Shown piece by piece: positions 36,779 to 46,425 of a DNA stretch of 64,000 bases; positions within the stretch are counted from its first letter, which is position 1, and each line of letters begins with the position of its first letter. The translations under genes were made by a program, and so were the position numbers. The DNA is taken from positions 137,737-201,736 of the forward strand of contig JBMORA010000063.1 in NCBI GenBank assembly GCA_049320885.1, read 5' to 3'. The notes under the pieces are model-generated. The model saw nothing but the letters and a program-made list of their open reading frames with translations. It made no database searches and had not been told where the DNA came from. This stretch comes from Thermodesulfobacteriota bacterium (GTDB lineage: Bacteria > Desulfobacterota > Desulfobacteria > Desulfobacterales > SURF-7).

Positions 36779-37327
36779 TTATCTCTGGTACAGCCCCACC
36801 AGCTCGGCTTCGGCCAGGATATGGCCCTCCATGGCTTTTTCCAGCACCGCCTTGGTGGGACGCTTCAGGTCCGGCAGAACCGTATCCAGGGCATACAGCT
36901 TGTGAAAATACCGGTGTTTGCCGATGGGCGGACACGGCCCGCCGTATCCGGTCCGTTTCCAATCGTTGAGGCCCTCCAGCGTGCCCCGGGGCAGCGCCGC
37001 CGGACGGACGGCCTCCGGCAGCATCCGGGTATCCGCAGGTATATTGTAGAGGACCCAATGCACCCAGGTCATGCGCGGATGCGCCGGATCCGGTGCATCC
37101 GGATCATCCACGATCAGGACAAAACTCCTGACGCCGGCAGGCTCCTCCGACCAGGCCAACGCCGGAGAAATGTCCTTGCCGTCACAAGTGAATTGCCCGG
37201 GAATGTCGCCCTGGTGCCGGAAATTCGTCGATGTCAGTTTCATGGCCGGGATTCCCTCCTTTCCGTCGAGTGGTATGGCCAACAAAATCAACAGACCGGA
37301 AAATATAACCTTCCACCTTGGTTCCAT
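36779..37327 (-). CDS. YbhB/YbcL (PEBP/Raf kinase inhibitor-like) family protein, secreted
   Basis: It has a signal peptide and the PEBP motifs DPDAP and GYGGPCPPIGKHRYFHKLYALD. Confidence 0.8.
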   Translation of the reverse strand: MEPRWKVIFSGLLILLAIPLDGKEGIPAMKLTSTNFRHQGDIPGQFTCDGKDISPALAWSEEPAGVRSFVLIVDDPDAPDPAHPRMTWVHWVLYNIPADTRMLPEAVRPAALPRGTLEGLNDWKRTGYGGPCPPIGKHRYFHKLYALDTVLPDLKRPTKAVLEKAMEGHILAEAELVGLYQR

Positions 37328-37340
37328 CCCTTCCTCCCCG

Positions 37341-37694
37341 CTATTCGGTTCCTTCGCGGTCCATCCGGTTCCCGATCACGTAGGCGTCCACGGTTCCCGC
37401 CAGCCAGCAGACCATGAGCAGAACCAGGCAGGCGCTCACGATCAGGTTGTCCGAACCGGTGGACGCATTGGCGGCCGCGCTTGAGATGGCCTGCAGATCG
37501 ATGGCGCCTCCGGTTGATTCCAACTGGTTCAGAATGCCGAGGGCCTGCTGGACAACCTGCCGGATCATCACGCTCAAACAAAACAGAACAACCGTCATCC
37601 AGGCAAATCCCCGAAGATACCGTTTCAACATCAATTGCCCCAGACCCGGAAAAATCAACCCGGAAAAAAGGGCACCCTTGATAGCCTTTTTCAT
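37341..37694 (-). CDS. small two-TM membrane protein (GLGQ-motif family)
   Basis: MKKAIKGALFSGLIFPGLGQLMLKRYLRG...VDAYVIG has the same motif pattern as the N-terminal extension of the lepB product in this window. Confidence 0.5.
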   Translation of the reverse strand: MKKAIKGALFSGLIFPGLGQLMLKRYLRGFAWMTVVLFCLSVMIRQVVQQALGILNQLESTGGAIDLQAISSAAANASTGSDNLIVSACLVLLMVCWLAGTVDAYVIGNRMDREGTE

Positions 37695-37809
37695 GACCCT
37701 GTTTCCTCGTATATTATGGAACCGTCTTGTCTTCGATTGCCATCAGTGGAGATGAGCTCCATTAGTATGGCATTTCCCCATTCTTTTCAATGAAATTTGA
37801 AAAAAGTTC

Positions 37810-37839
37810 TTGAAATCATCCGTCAAAATTCAGTAAAAT
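37810..37839 (+). promoter_or_regulatory. possible sigma70 promoter for the HDOD-kinase-regulator genes
   Basis: TTGAAA (37810-37815), an 18-nt spacer, then TAAAAT (37834-37839). It lies in an AT-rich spacer about 135 nt upstream of the HDOD start. Confidence 0.3.
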
Positions 37840-37972
37840 AGCACTGATTTTCAAAAGGGAACTCAAACAAGCGGCTTCCATCACACCCCGGCCCCTTTCC
37901 GGCGGGACGATCTAACCCCAGATTCGTTACATCCGAATTTCCACGCAAAACCCATGGTCACAGGAGCGCGGG

Positions 37973-38836
37973 ATGAGCGACAAGGCTCACAGCTTTCTTA
38001 AGAAATTTAATAATCTGAAGACCTTGCCGCATGTCGCCATCCGTCTGACACAACTCATCGCCGATGAAAGGACAACCGTTCGCGAACTGGAAGAAATCAT
38101 TCGCCTCGACCCCACCCTCGTTCTGCGCCTGCTGCGGATGGTGAACAGCCCGTATTACGGTCTTCGCCAAAAAGTCGGCAGCATTGCCGAAGCCGTCACG
38201 TTTCTGGGCATCGACAATCTGAGGAATATTGTCGTGGTGGAAGCCATGAAGGATATTTTCAAGTCCGGCCGGCAAGATCACCGCTTTTCCTTCAGCAAGC
38301 TGTGGCTGCACAGCGCCGTTGTCGCCATCTGCTGCCAGATGGTGGCGGAACGCGTTTTCCGGCAGAAGGGTGAAAATGCCTTTCTCTGTGGAATATTGCA
38401 TGATATCGGTTTGATCGCCGCGGCCCAGGTGGAACCGGACCTTTTTTTCCAAATCTGGGAGCATGATATACCGGATTCAGGAACCATGATCGCGCGGGAA
38501 AGGGAAACCCTGGGCACGGACCACTGCGACCTGGGCTACCATTTGACCGGAGAATGGAAAATTGCGGCGCCGGTACGCGAGGGAATCCGTCAACATCATA
38601 ATTCCGAGCGGAAGCTCTCGGCTTCGGACATCGGCGGTATCCTGCAGATCTCCGAATACCTCTCCTCCCGGCTGGAGTACACCATGATTCCCGGCCTGCG
38701 GCCGGGCCTCCCCCAAATCCTGCTTCAGCATTTGCGGGAGAACATCATGGAATACCGGGTTATTACGGGAGATCTGCCTGAGGAAATCGCCAAGGCCAGG
38801 GAAATGTATCAATCGCCGGAGGAACCGCAGCCATGA
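37973..38836 (+). CDS. HDOD domain protein
   Basis: HDOD pattern: [62 protein letters not shown] and LHDIG. Confidence 0.85.
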   Translation: MSDKAHSFLKKFNNLKTLPHVAIRLTQLIADERTTVRELEEIIRLDPTLVLRLLRMVNSPYYGLRQKVGSIAEAVTFLGIDNLRNIVVVEAMKDIFKSGRQDHRFSFSKLWLHSAVVAICCQMVAERVFRQKGENAFLCGILHDIGLIAAAQVEPDLFFQIWEHDIPDSGTMIARERETLGTDHCDLGYHLTGEWKIAAPVREGIRQHHNSERKLSASDIGGILQISEYLSSRLEYTMIPGLRPGLPQILLQHLRENIMEYRVITGDLPEEIAKAREMYQSPEEPQP

Positions 38837-41070
38837 TGCCAGCGAATGATATTCTCAGCGAGCTCGAAGATCGGGACGACTTCCCCAGGCGCTTCCTCCA
38901 TTATATGGAAACCCGAATGCCCGATACTTGTTTTTTCATCGAAACCGCCGACGGCGGTTCTTTCGCTTCCCCGAACGCCCCGCCGGACATGGCAGCCCGG
39001 TGGGAGAAAATGCGAAGGAATGTCATCCTTCCAAAAAATCCGGCAACAATCCCGGGACCCGGTGATTCATTCATCGGCGTAATACCGGTTGACGCATTCA
39101 ATGGCTTTCTGTTTTTTTCCTGCTCGGGCGACTCGCCCATTGCCAGGAGCCTGGAAAACCGGTTGGTTGAATTGTATTTGGAGCATTTTTTTACCCGAAA
39201 GGAACTCGGCGACGAAAAAGAACGGTTGCAGTATGCCAAGAAACAGTATGAACGCCAGCATGAGGTCATGCAGTCCAAATACCGCGATCTCCTGGAAGAA
39301 AATCAAAACAACTTCAACATGATACAGGAGAAAGAACGGAATTACGCCCAGAAGCTGAAACTGGAAATCGACCACCAGACCGCCGAACTCCGCCGGGCCA
39401 ACAAGCAACTGGAAGAGGCCATCGCCCATGCCAATTTGATGACGGAAAAGGCGGAATCCGCCAGCAGAAGTAAAAGCGATTTTCTGGCCAACATGAGCCA
39501 TGAGATCCGGACGCCCATGAACGGCGTCATCGGCCTGACCTCCCTCCTCCTGGAGACGGTTCTTGATGAAAAGCAACGTCTCTACGCCTCCCGCATCTTG
39601 GGCAGCGCCGAAGCCCTGCTGGCCATTATCAACGACATTCTCGACATTTCCAAAATCGAGGCCGGAAAACTTGTCCTGGAAAAAACCGACTTCAATCTAA
39701 GTCTGGTTTTGAAAGATCTGAATGAACTATTTGCCATGAGCGCCAAAGCTAAGGGACTGCAATACAGTTGTTATTTGCATCCGCACGTCCCTGTGAATCT
39801 GATGGGAGATCCTGTCAGACTGCGCCAGATATTGACCAATCTGGTGGGCAATGCCGTCAAGTTCACCACGGAAGGAAGTGTTTCCGTTCAGGTCGTTTTG
39901 GAAAGTGAAGACGATCGCCAGGCCCTGCTTCGATTCTCTGTGGCTGATACGGGAATCGGCATTCCCAAGGATAAGCAAGAAATCATTTTCCGGAAATTCA
40001 CCCAGGTGGATACTTCCATCACCAGAAAATTTGGTGGTACGGGGCTGGGTCTTTCCATCGTCAAACAGCTTTGTGAAATGATGTCCGGCAATGTCTGGAT
40101 CGAGCCGGAAAAGACAACGGGGGCGACCTTCCGCTTTACGGCGTTGTTTGAAAAACAGTCTGCAGATAAATTCCTTCAAAGCAAGGGGATCGACGGAACG
40201 TGGTCCCCGCCCATTCAGGAGCGACAAAAGCGCGCCGTCCGGATCCTGCTGGCGGAAGACGATGAAACCAACCGGATTGTGGCGCTTGAATTACTCAAGG
40301 CGGCGGGCTATGCGGCGGATGTGGCGGAAAACGGCAGGGAGGCATTGGAAGCACTTGCAAATAGAGACTATGACCTTGTATTAATGGATATCCAGATGCC
40401 GGAGATGGATGGGATCACGGCGACCAGGCAGATCCGTGAGTGGGAAGAGTTGCGGATGAAGCAGGAGGAATCAGACCCGAATCATTCGACCCGGGATGAA
40501 AAAAACCGGCATCACCATCGACCCGCCAGGATTCCCATCATCGCCATGACGGCCCAGGCCATGAAAGAAGACCGGAAGCGCTGCCTCGAATCCGGGATGG
40601 ACGATTATATCACCAAACCCATCCATCGCAGCGAATTGGAGGCGGCCATCAAGCGCCGACTCTTTGATGAAACATCCGTTCGGCAGGCGCTGCCCCTTGA
40701 AACGGGATTATCCGAATCCACCAATTGCCGCACCGGTTTCGACTATCACGAAATGTCGACGCGGCTGCAGATCAACCAAGGCACGGCCAAAAAATTACTG
40801 GGAACGTACATTACCGTAATTCCAAAATATTTCGACCAATTAACCAATTCATTGGCCACAGGGGATCGCGAAACCTTCACGCGCATCTCCCATTCCATCA
40901 AAGGGGCGTCCGCGAACTACGGCATCTCCGGCATGCAAAAAATCGCACAGGAAATGGAGTCCGCCGGGAGAGCAGAAAACATGGAAAAAGCGGCCGCCAT
41001 GCTCCCCGTGCTTACGAAAGAATTCGAAACCGTGAAAACAGTTCTTGAAAATTTTATTCAAAGCCCCTGA
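38833..41070 (+). CDS. hybrid sensor histidine kinase (HisKA-HATPase-REC-Hpt)
   Basis: It has an H-box ([15 protein letters not shown]), an N/G-box ([13 protein letters not shown]), a REC domain ([14 protein letters not shown]) and a C-terminal Hpt ([11 protein letters not shown]). Its ATG overlaps the HDOD stop as ATGA. Confidence 0.88.
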   Translation: MMPANDILSELEDRDDFPRRFLHYMETRMPDTCFFIETADGGSFASPNAPPDMAARWEKMRRNVILPKNPATIPGPGDSFIGVIPVDAFNGFLFFSCSGDSPIARSLENRLVELYLEHFFTRKELGDEKERLQYAKKQYERQHEVMQSKYRDLLEENQNNFNMIQEKERNYAQKLKLEIDHQTAELRRANKQLEEAIAHANLMTEKAESASRSKSDFLANMSHEIRTPMNGVIGLTSLLLETVLDEKQRLYASRILGSAEALLAIINDILDISKIEAGKLVLEKTDFNLSLVLKDLNELFAMSAKAKGLQYSCYLHPHVPVNLMGDPVRLRQILTNLVGNAVKFTTEGSVSVQVVLESEDDRQALLRFSVADTGIGIPKDKQEIIFRKFTQVDTSITRKFGGTGLGLSIVKQLCEMMSGNVWIEPEKTTGATFRFTALFEKQSADKFLQSKGIDGTWSPPIQERQKRAVRILLAEDDETNRIVALELLKAAGYAADVAENGREALEALANRDYDLVLMDIQMPEMDGITATRQIREWEELRMKQEESDPNHSTRDEKNRHHHRPARIPIIAMTAQAMKEDRKRCLESGMDDYITKPIHRSELEAAIKRRLFDETSVRQALPLETGLSESTNCRTGFDYHEMSTRLQINQGTAKKLLGTYITVIPKYFDQLTNSLATGDRETFTRISHSIKGASANYGISGMQKIAQEMESAGRAENMEKAAAMLPVLTKEFETVKTVLENFIQSP

Positions 41071-41122
41071 CAGGTTCATGGGGGAAGATCGGGAAACTTA
41101 ATGTCCGGAGAGGAGAATCGCC

Positions 41123-41815
41123 ATGCAACAACTGCAATCCATGAAAATCACGATCATCGACGATGACCTGATGAGCATCGAGTTGATGAGATCGATATTG
41201 GAAGAAAACGGATTCACCGATATCCGGGCCTTCTCCTCCGCGCCGGAAGCACTTGAAGCCATCCAGGCCCATCGGCCCGATCTGGTGCTGCTGGATATCG
41301 TCATGCCTGAAATGGACGGATTCACCTTTTGCAAATGCCTGCGGGAAAAAGAACCCATGCGCCACCTTCCGGTCATCATGATTTCCGGGGCAGGCCTGGA
41401 AGCGGATGAGACCATCCGCAAAACCTTTGAAGTCGGCTCGACGGATTTCATCTTCAAACCCATCCGCGCCGTGGATTTTCTGGCCCGCGTGCGCTCGGCC
41501 CTGACCCTCAAGCAAGCCTATGACGGCATGGAGGCGGAACTCGTCAAACGCCGGGAGGCTGAAAAAGAACAGCAGCGGCTCATCGAGGAATTGCGGGCCG
41601 CGCTGGCAAAAGTGAAAACCCTCAGCGGTTTTCTGCCCATCTGTTCGGCCTGCAAAAAAATCCGGGACGACAAGGGGTACTGGAAACAGATCGAAAATTA
41701 CATCTGCGAGCATTCGGAGGCCGAATTCAGCCACAGCATCTGCCCGGAATGCGCCCGCAAGCGCTATCCGGAATTCAACCTGTACGGCGAAACCGCTAAG
41801 CCGGCAGGCGGATAA
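41123..41815 (+). CDS. response regulator: REC + coiled coil + Cys-rich C-terminal module
   Basis: The REC domain contains DLVLLDIVMPEMDGF. The C-terminus is LPICSACKKIRDDKGYWKQIENYICEHSEAEFSHSICPECARKRYPE (CxxC...H...CPxC). Confidence 0.85.
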   Translation: MQQLQSMKITIIDDDLMSIELMRSILEENGFTDIRAFSSAPEALEAIQAHRPDLVLLDIVMPEMDGFTFCKCLREKEPMRHLPVIMISGAGLEADETIRKTFEVGSTDFIFKPIRAVDFLARVRSALTLKQAYDGMEAELVKRREAEKEQQRLIEELRAALAKVKTLSGFLPICSACKKIRDDKGYWKQIENYICEHSEAEFSHSICPECARKRYPEFNLYGETAKPAGG

Positions 41816-41842
41816 TACTCCGCCAGCTTCAGGGAAAAATTG

Positions 41843-41928
41843 AAATAGTAAGGGTTCTCCATATTAGCCCCGATTTCACCCTGGTTCAACAGGTTGTATT
41901 CACAACATCATTGACACACAATCGCCTT
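41843..41928 (+). repeat. repeat junction A: 20-nt unit X (41843-41862) overlapping 71-nt unit Y (41858-41928)
   Basis: X is aaatagtaagggttctccat and recurs at 45171-45190. Y is tccatattagcccc...cacacaatcgcctt and recurs at 45041-45111 with 3 mismatches. Confidence 0.9.
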
Positions 41929-41953
41929 GAAAGAAACCCGTAGCGGGTGCTCC

Positions 41954-43195
41954 CTACGCCTTTTTTTTCTTTTTCTTCCGTTTGTTCTTCTCCCACTCCT
42001 CCTGCGCCCGGATGAGATCTTCCAGGTTTGCTTCTTCGGGAGGACGATCAATGGTTCGGGAGTAATCCTTTTTGCTGATCCTGATCTCTTCGATCTGCTT
42101 ATTCAGCAGACCCTGAATGGTGTCAAGCTTCTCCTTCTCCTCGCTGCTGCAAAAGGAGATGGCCACGCCTTTGTTGAACCCCCGTCCTGTTCTTCCGATC
42201 CGGTGAACATAGTTTTCAGGTTCATCCGGCATATCATAGTTGATCACATAATGAACATCCGGGATATCAATTCCTCTTGCGCTCACATCTGTGGCGATCA
42301 GGATTTGACTCTCTCCTTTTTTAAATCCTTCCATCACCTGGGTTCGAAGGGTCTGATCCTTTTCTCCATGGATGGAAAAAACAGGTATTCCCACCCGCTC
42401 CATGGCCTTGGCTACTCTTTCCGCCCGGACACGGGTCCGGACAAATACAATTATTCTGCTGTCCGGGTGTTCCTGGATAAACCGTTCCAGGAAAAACCGT
42501 TTGTCATCCATCTCCACATACATCACAAAGTGGGTGACATTTTTGGAAACCGGATCTTCCGGAGAGATCTGGATACGAATCGCCGTGCTTTTCACTTGGG
42601 AATAAGCCAGTTTTTTGATCTCTTTGTTGATGGTGGCTGAGAAAAAAAGAGTCTGGTGTTTTTCCGGAAGCATTTTTTTGACAGACTGGATATCCTTGAT
42701 AAATCCCTTATCCAGCATCCGGTCAGCCTCATCCAGCACAAGGGTGTGTATGCCTTTGATATTGATATATCCCTGGTGGATCAGGTCAAACATCCGCCCC
42801 GGGGTAGTGATCAGGATATCAATGCCATCCTGCAATTTTTTGATCTGGGCATCCTGCTCAACCCCGCCGTAGACCACAAAAGTCTTTACCCTGGTATGCC
42901 GGGACAACCGGTTGAAAACATCATGGATCTGTATAGCCAGCTCTCTTGTGGGAACCATCACAAGGCATTTAATACCCATCGTGCGGTTGCTGGTTTTGAA
43001 ACTGTGGATCCTGTCGATCACCGGAATGGCAAACGCAAGGGTTTTCCCTGTACCGGTCTGGGCAATGGCAAGCACATCCTCACCTTTGAGTATGGACGGG
43101 ATGGATTTAAACTGAATATCCGTGGGCTTTTTAAACCCCAGTCCGGCAAGATTACTCTTAATATCTTCTGAAATATAATACTGATCAAATTTCAT
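41954..43195 (-). CDS. rhlE: DEAD-box ATP-dependent RNA helicase (RhlE-like) with poly-Lys tail
   Basis: Motifs present: AQTGTGKT, PTRELA, VLDEADRM, SAT and HRIGRTGR. The C-terminus is KNKRKKKKKKA. G+C is visibly lower than in the flanking genes. Confidence 0.88.
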   Translation of the reverse strand: MKFDQYYISEDIKSNLAGLGFKKPTDIQFKSIPSILKGEDVLAIAQTGTGKTLAFAIPVIDRIHSFKTSNRTMGIKCLVMVPTRELAIQIHDVFNRLSRHTRVKTFVVYGGVEQDAQIKKLQDGIDILITTPGRMFDLIHQGYINIKGIHTLVLDEADRMLDKGFIKDIQSVKKMLPEKHQTLFFSATINKEIKKLAYSQVKSTAIRIQISPEDPVSKNVTHFVMYVEMDDKRFFLERFIQEHPDSRIIVFVRTRVRAERVAKAMERVGIPVFSIHGEKDQTLRTQVMEGFKKGESQILIATDVSARGIDIPDVHYVINYDMPDEPENYVHRIGRTGRGFNKGVAISFCSSEEKEKLDTIQGLLNKQIEEIRISKKDYSRTIDRPPEEANLEDLIRAQEEWEKNKRKKKKKKA

Positions 43196-43306
43196 GGAAC
43201 AGACCTTCGACGATTTTCAGAACTTCAACCCACATCTGCATATCATTGCAACCGACGGCTGCTTTTCCGACGATGGAACATTTCAGGTGGTCTTTAAACC
43301 GATTGC
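43194..43306 (+). mobile_element. relic of an IS91-family (Y2-type) transposase, about 37 codons
   Basis: It translates to TFDDFQNFNPHLHIIATDGCFSDDGTFQV. From memory this matches the conserved FG..LNFHPHLH..VTDG.F..DG.F block of IS91/Y2 transposases. It is truncated on both sides, by the helicase start and the ABC-F stop. Confidence 0.5.
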
Positions 43307-44932
43307 TCAGGCGGCATTCGGGATCATGGTATCTCGTCTGTCCGCCACTTTTGTACTTTCAATATACTCCTCGAAAGTCATGAGCCGATCGATAACACCG
43401 CCAGGGATGATCTCGATAATCCGGTTCACTATGGTATTCAAGAACTCGTGGTCATGAGAGGTGAAAAGAATCACCTCCTGGAAATTGATCAGGCTGTTGT
43501 TTAAGGACGTGATGGATTCCAGGTCAAGATGGTTGGTCGGCTCATCCAATATCAGGACATTGGATTCGGAAAGCATCATCCGTGAGAGCATGCAGCGAAC
43601 TTTTTCCCCACCGGAAAGCACACTGACTTTTTTAACAGACTCTTCTCCGGAAAAGAGCATGCGCCCCAGGAAGGCCCGGGCAAAGCTCTCGCCCTCCGTG
43701 GGAGGAGAGAACTGCAGGAGCCACTCGATAAGGTTCCTGTCGCCGTTGAAATAGGCGCTGTGTTCCTTGGGAAAATACGAGTGGGTAATGGTAAGCCCCC
43801 AATTGAAAGTACCGCTGTCCGGTTTCATTTCCCCGGCCAGAATTTGAAAAAGGGTTGTCTTGGCCACGCTGTTTTTGCCCATAAAGGCGATCTTATCTCC
43901 TCCGTTTACAGTAAAACTCACGTTGTCCAGTACTTTTTCACCATCAATGGACTTGGTGAGTCCTTCCACTCGTAAAATCACGTTGCCACAGGGTCGTTCC
44001 GGCTTGAAGCAGATAAACGGGTATTTTCTTGATGATACCGGCATGTCATCGACGGTGAGTTTCTCCAAGAGTTTCTTTCGGGAAGTGGCTTGCTTGGATT
44101 TGGAGGCGTTGGCACTGAACCGCTGGATAAAGGCCTTCAGTTCATCGGCCCTGTCGGCGCTCTTTTTATTCTCCGCCTGTTTTTGATTCAGGTTCAGCTG
44201 GCTGGCCTGATACCAGAAATCATAGTTCCCCTGGTAGACCGAGATTTTACCAAAATCGATATCCGCAATATGGGTGCATACCTGGTTCATGAAATGACGG
44301 TCATGTGATACGACGATTACCGTATTTTGGAATCTGTAAAGAAATTCCTCAAGCCAGGCAATGGATTTGATGTCCAAATTGTTGGTGGGCTCGTCCATGA
44401 GCAAAACATCCGGATTTCCGAAAAGGGCCTGGGCAAGGAGCACGCGCACCTTTTCGCCACCTTCGAGTTCCTTCATCCTTCTCAGATGCATTTCTTCGGG
44501 AATCCCTAGATTTTTTAAAAGAACCGCTGCTTCAGAATCAGCTTCATAGCCGTTCAATTCCTCGAATTCAACCTCAAGCTCGCTTGACCTGATTCCGTCC
44601 TCTTCGGAGAAATCGGGTTTTGCATACAGAGAATCCCTTTCCGTCATAATTCCGTGCAGTCTTTCATGCCCCATTATGACGGTGTTTAAGACCGTCTCCT
44701 CGTCAAAGGCAAAGTGGTCTTGTCGTAAAACCGCGACCCTCTCCCTGGGTCCCACGGAGACGGTCCCTGAGTCCGATTCGATTTCTCCGGCAAGAATTTT
44801 CAGGAACGTGGATTTCCCTGAACCATTGGCGCCGATTAGTCCGTAACAGTTGCCTGGCGTAAATTTTATCGTAACATCTTTGAACAGAATCCTCTTGCCG
44901 TAGGCGAGAGCGACGTTGGTTGCGCAAATCAT
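43307..44932 (-). CDS. ybiT: ABC-F family ATPase (YbiT-like)
   Basis: It has two ABC cassettes (GLIGANGSGKST, LSGGEKVR and LLMDEPTNNLD; then GKNSVAKTT, LSGGEKVR and ILDEPTNHLD) and no TM domain. From memory it is collinear with E. coli YbiT. The ATG at 44932 (MICATNV) is preferred over the track start at 45019. Confidence 0.85.
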   Translation of the reverse strand: MICATNVALAYGKRILFKDVTIKFTPGNCYGLIGANGSGKSTFLKILAGEIESDSGTVSVGPRERVAVLRQDHFAFDEETVLNTVIMGHERLHGIMTERDSLYAKPDFSEEDGIRSSELEVEFEELNGYEADSEAAVLLKNLGIPEEMHLRRMKELEGGEKVRVLLAQALFGNPDVLLMDEPTNNLDIKSIAWLEEFLYRFQNTVIVVSHDRHFMNQVCTHIADIDFGKISVYQGNYDFWYQASQLNLNQKQAENKKSADRADELKAFIQRFSANASKSKQATSRKKLLEKLTVDDMPVSSRKYPFICFKPERPCGNVILRVEGLTKSIDGEKVLDNVSFTVNGGDKIAFMGKNSVAKTTLFQILAGEMKPDSGTFNWGLTITHSYFPKEHSAYFNGDRNLIEWLLQFSPPTEGESFARAFLGRMLFSGEESVKKVSVLSGGEKVRCMLSRMMLSESNVLILDEPTNHLDLESITSLNNSLINFQEVILFTSHDHEFLNTIVNRIIEIIPGGVIDRLMTFEEYIESTKVADRRDTMIPNAA

Positions 44933-45040
44933 TGCCGATTCCTTTTCATGAAAATAAAAAAAACCACAGGAACTTCGATCCCGTGGCTCAAAAGAGGAGA
45001 GTCGTATAGCATTTAACAAAGTGAAAGGGAATCTTTTTTT

Positions 45041-45190
45041 TCCATATTAGCCCCAAATTCACCCTGGTTCAACAGGTTGTATTCACAACATCATTGACAC
45101 ACAATCACCTTTCGAATATAGTCCGATACGAAAAAAGCAAGGTCTTATCCCTTTTATCCCCATCCCTTAAAAATAGTAAGGGTTCTCCAT
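45041..45190 (+). repeat. repeat junction B: 71-nt unit Y (45041-45111), 59-nt spacer, 20-nt unit X (45171-45190)
   Basis: This is the second copy of the units seen at 41843-41928. Here the order is Y then X, whereas at junction A it is X then Y. Confidence 0.9.
45094..45122 (+). promoter_or_regulatory. near-consensus sigma70 promoter for the glycosyltransferase genes
   Basis: TTGACA (45094-45099), a 17-nt spacer, then TATAGT (45117-45122). The -35 hexamer lies inside repeat Y and the -10 just outside it. It is about 165 nt upstream of the ATG at 45289. Confidence 0.45.
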
Positions 45191-45288
45191 AGCCTTGCAA
45201 AGTTGGATGGAGATGGATTGAAATCCGAAACGGGCTTACCTTCAGCGAACGAAAAACAGAACATTACGGAAAAAAATAGATCGTCCGA

Positions 45289-46425
45289 ATGGAAATCTGC
45301 TTTTACGCACCTCTCAAACCCCTCGGACACGCGAATCCGTCCGGGGACCTGGTGACGGCCGGGGGGATCGTCGATTTTCTGTCCCGGCGGAATCATTCCG
45401 TCATCACGGCCAGCCGGTTGCGCTGCCGCTGGATATACTGGCAGCCCTGGCAATGGCCCTTGATCCTGCGGGATATCCGGCGCTGCATCAGGCGCCTTCC
45501 GGCCTTGCGGCCGGAGTTGTGGTTGACCTATCATACGTATCACAAGGCCCCGGATCTGATCGGCCCATCGGTCTCGAAACGCCTGGGCATTCCCTATGTC
45601 CTCTTTCAGGGGATCTACGCGACCAAACGGAAAAAACAAATCCGCACCGCCCCCGGCTTCTACCTGAACCGCCGGGCTCTCCTGTCCGCCGCGCATGTGT
45701 TCACCAACAAACGGGTGGATTTCGCCAACCTGAAACGTCTCCTGCCGGAAAACCGCATCACCTATGTGGCCCCCGGCATCCGGCCCGCGGAGTTCCGCTT
45801 CGACGAGGCTGCCCGCGAGCGCCTGCGGCGGGAGTGGGGCTGCGCCGACGCGCCGGTGGTGCTTGCCGCAGCCATGTTCCGGCCGGGGGTCAAGACCCGG
45901 GGACTGGAATGGGTGATCCGTTCCTGCGGACGTCTTTCCAGAAACGGCCAGCGCTTTACACTCGTGGTTGTCGGTGACGGCAAAAAAAGAAGCTATCTGG
46001 AACAACTGGCCCATGACCACCTGCCCCGTCAGACAGTGTTCACCGGAAAGATCAGCCGGGAGGAACTCCATGCGTTTTACAGCGCCGCCGACCTGTTCGC
46101 CTTTCCCGGCATGGAGGAATCCCTGGGTCTGGTGTACCTGGAAGCCCAGGCCTGCGGCCTGCCGGTGGTGGCGTTTAAAACCGCCGGCGTTCCTGAAGCG
46201 GTGATCAACGGAGAAACAGGCTTGCTGACGACTCCCTTTGCAGCGGATGAATTCGATGACGCCCTGGCGACCCTGCTGAACAACCCCGCAATTCGACGGG
46301 AAATGGGCGAGACGGCCATGCGCCGCATCATCCGGGAGCACGATCTGGAAACCAACTATCGCGTCATGGAAGAGACGCTACAGGAAATCGTGAGGGCATG
46401 GAAACACCCCGACTGGACCTGCTGA
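45289..46425 (+). CDS. glycosyltransferase family 4 (GT-B)
   Basis: C-terminal GT4 signature: FAFPGMEESLGLVYLEAQACGLPVVAFKTAGVPEAVINGETGLL. Confidence 0.8.
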   Translation: MEICFYAPLKPLGHANPSGDLVTAGGIVDFLSRRNHSVITASRLRCRWIYWQPWQWPLILRDIRRCIRRLPALRPELWLTYHTYHKAPDLIGPSVSKRLGIPYVLFQGIYATKRKKQIRTAPGFYLNRRALLSAAHVFTNKRVDFANLKRLLPENRITYVAPGIRPAEFRFDEAARERLRREWGCADAPVVLAAAMFRPGVKTRGLEWVIRSCGRLSRNGQRFTLVVVGDGKKRSYLEQLAHDHLPRQTVFTGKISREELHAFYSAADLFAFPGMEESLGLVYLEAQACGLPVVAFKTAGVPEAVINGETGLLTTPFAADEFDDALATLLNNPAIRREMGETAMRRIIREHDLETNYRVMEETLQEIVRAWKHPDWTC

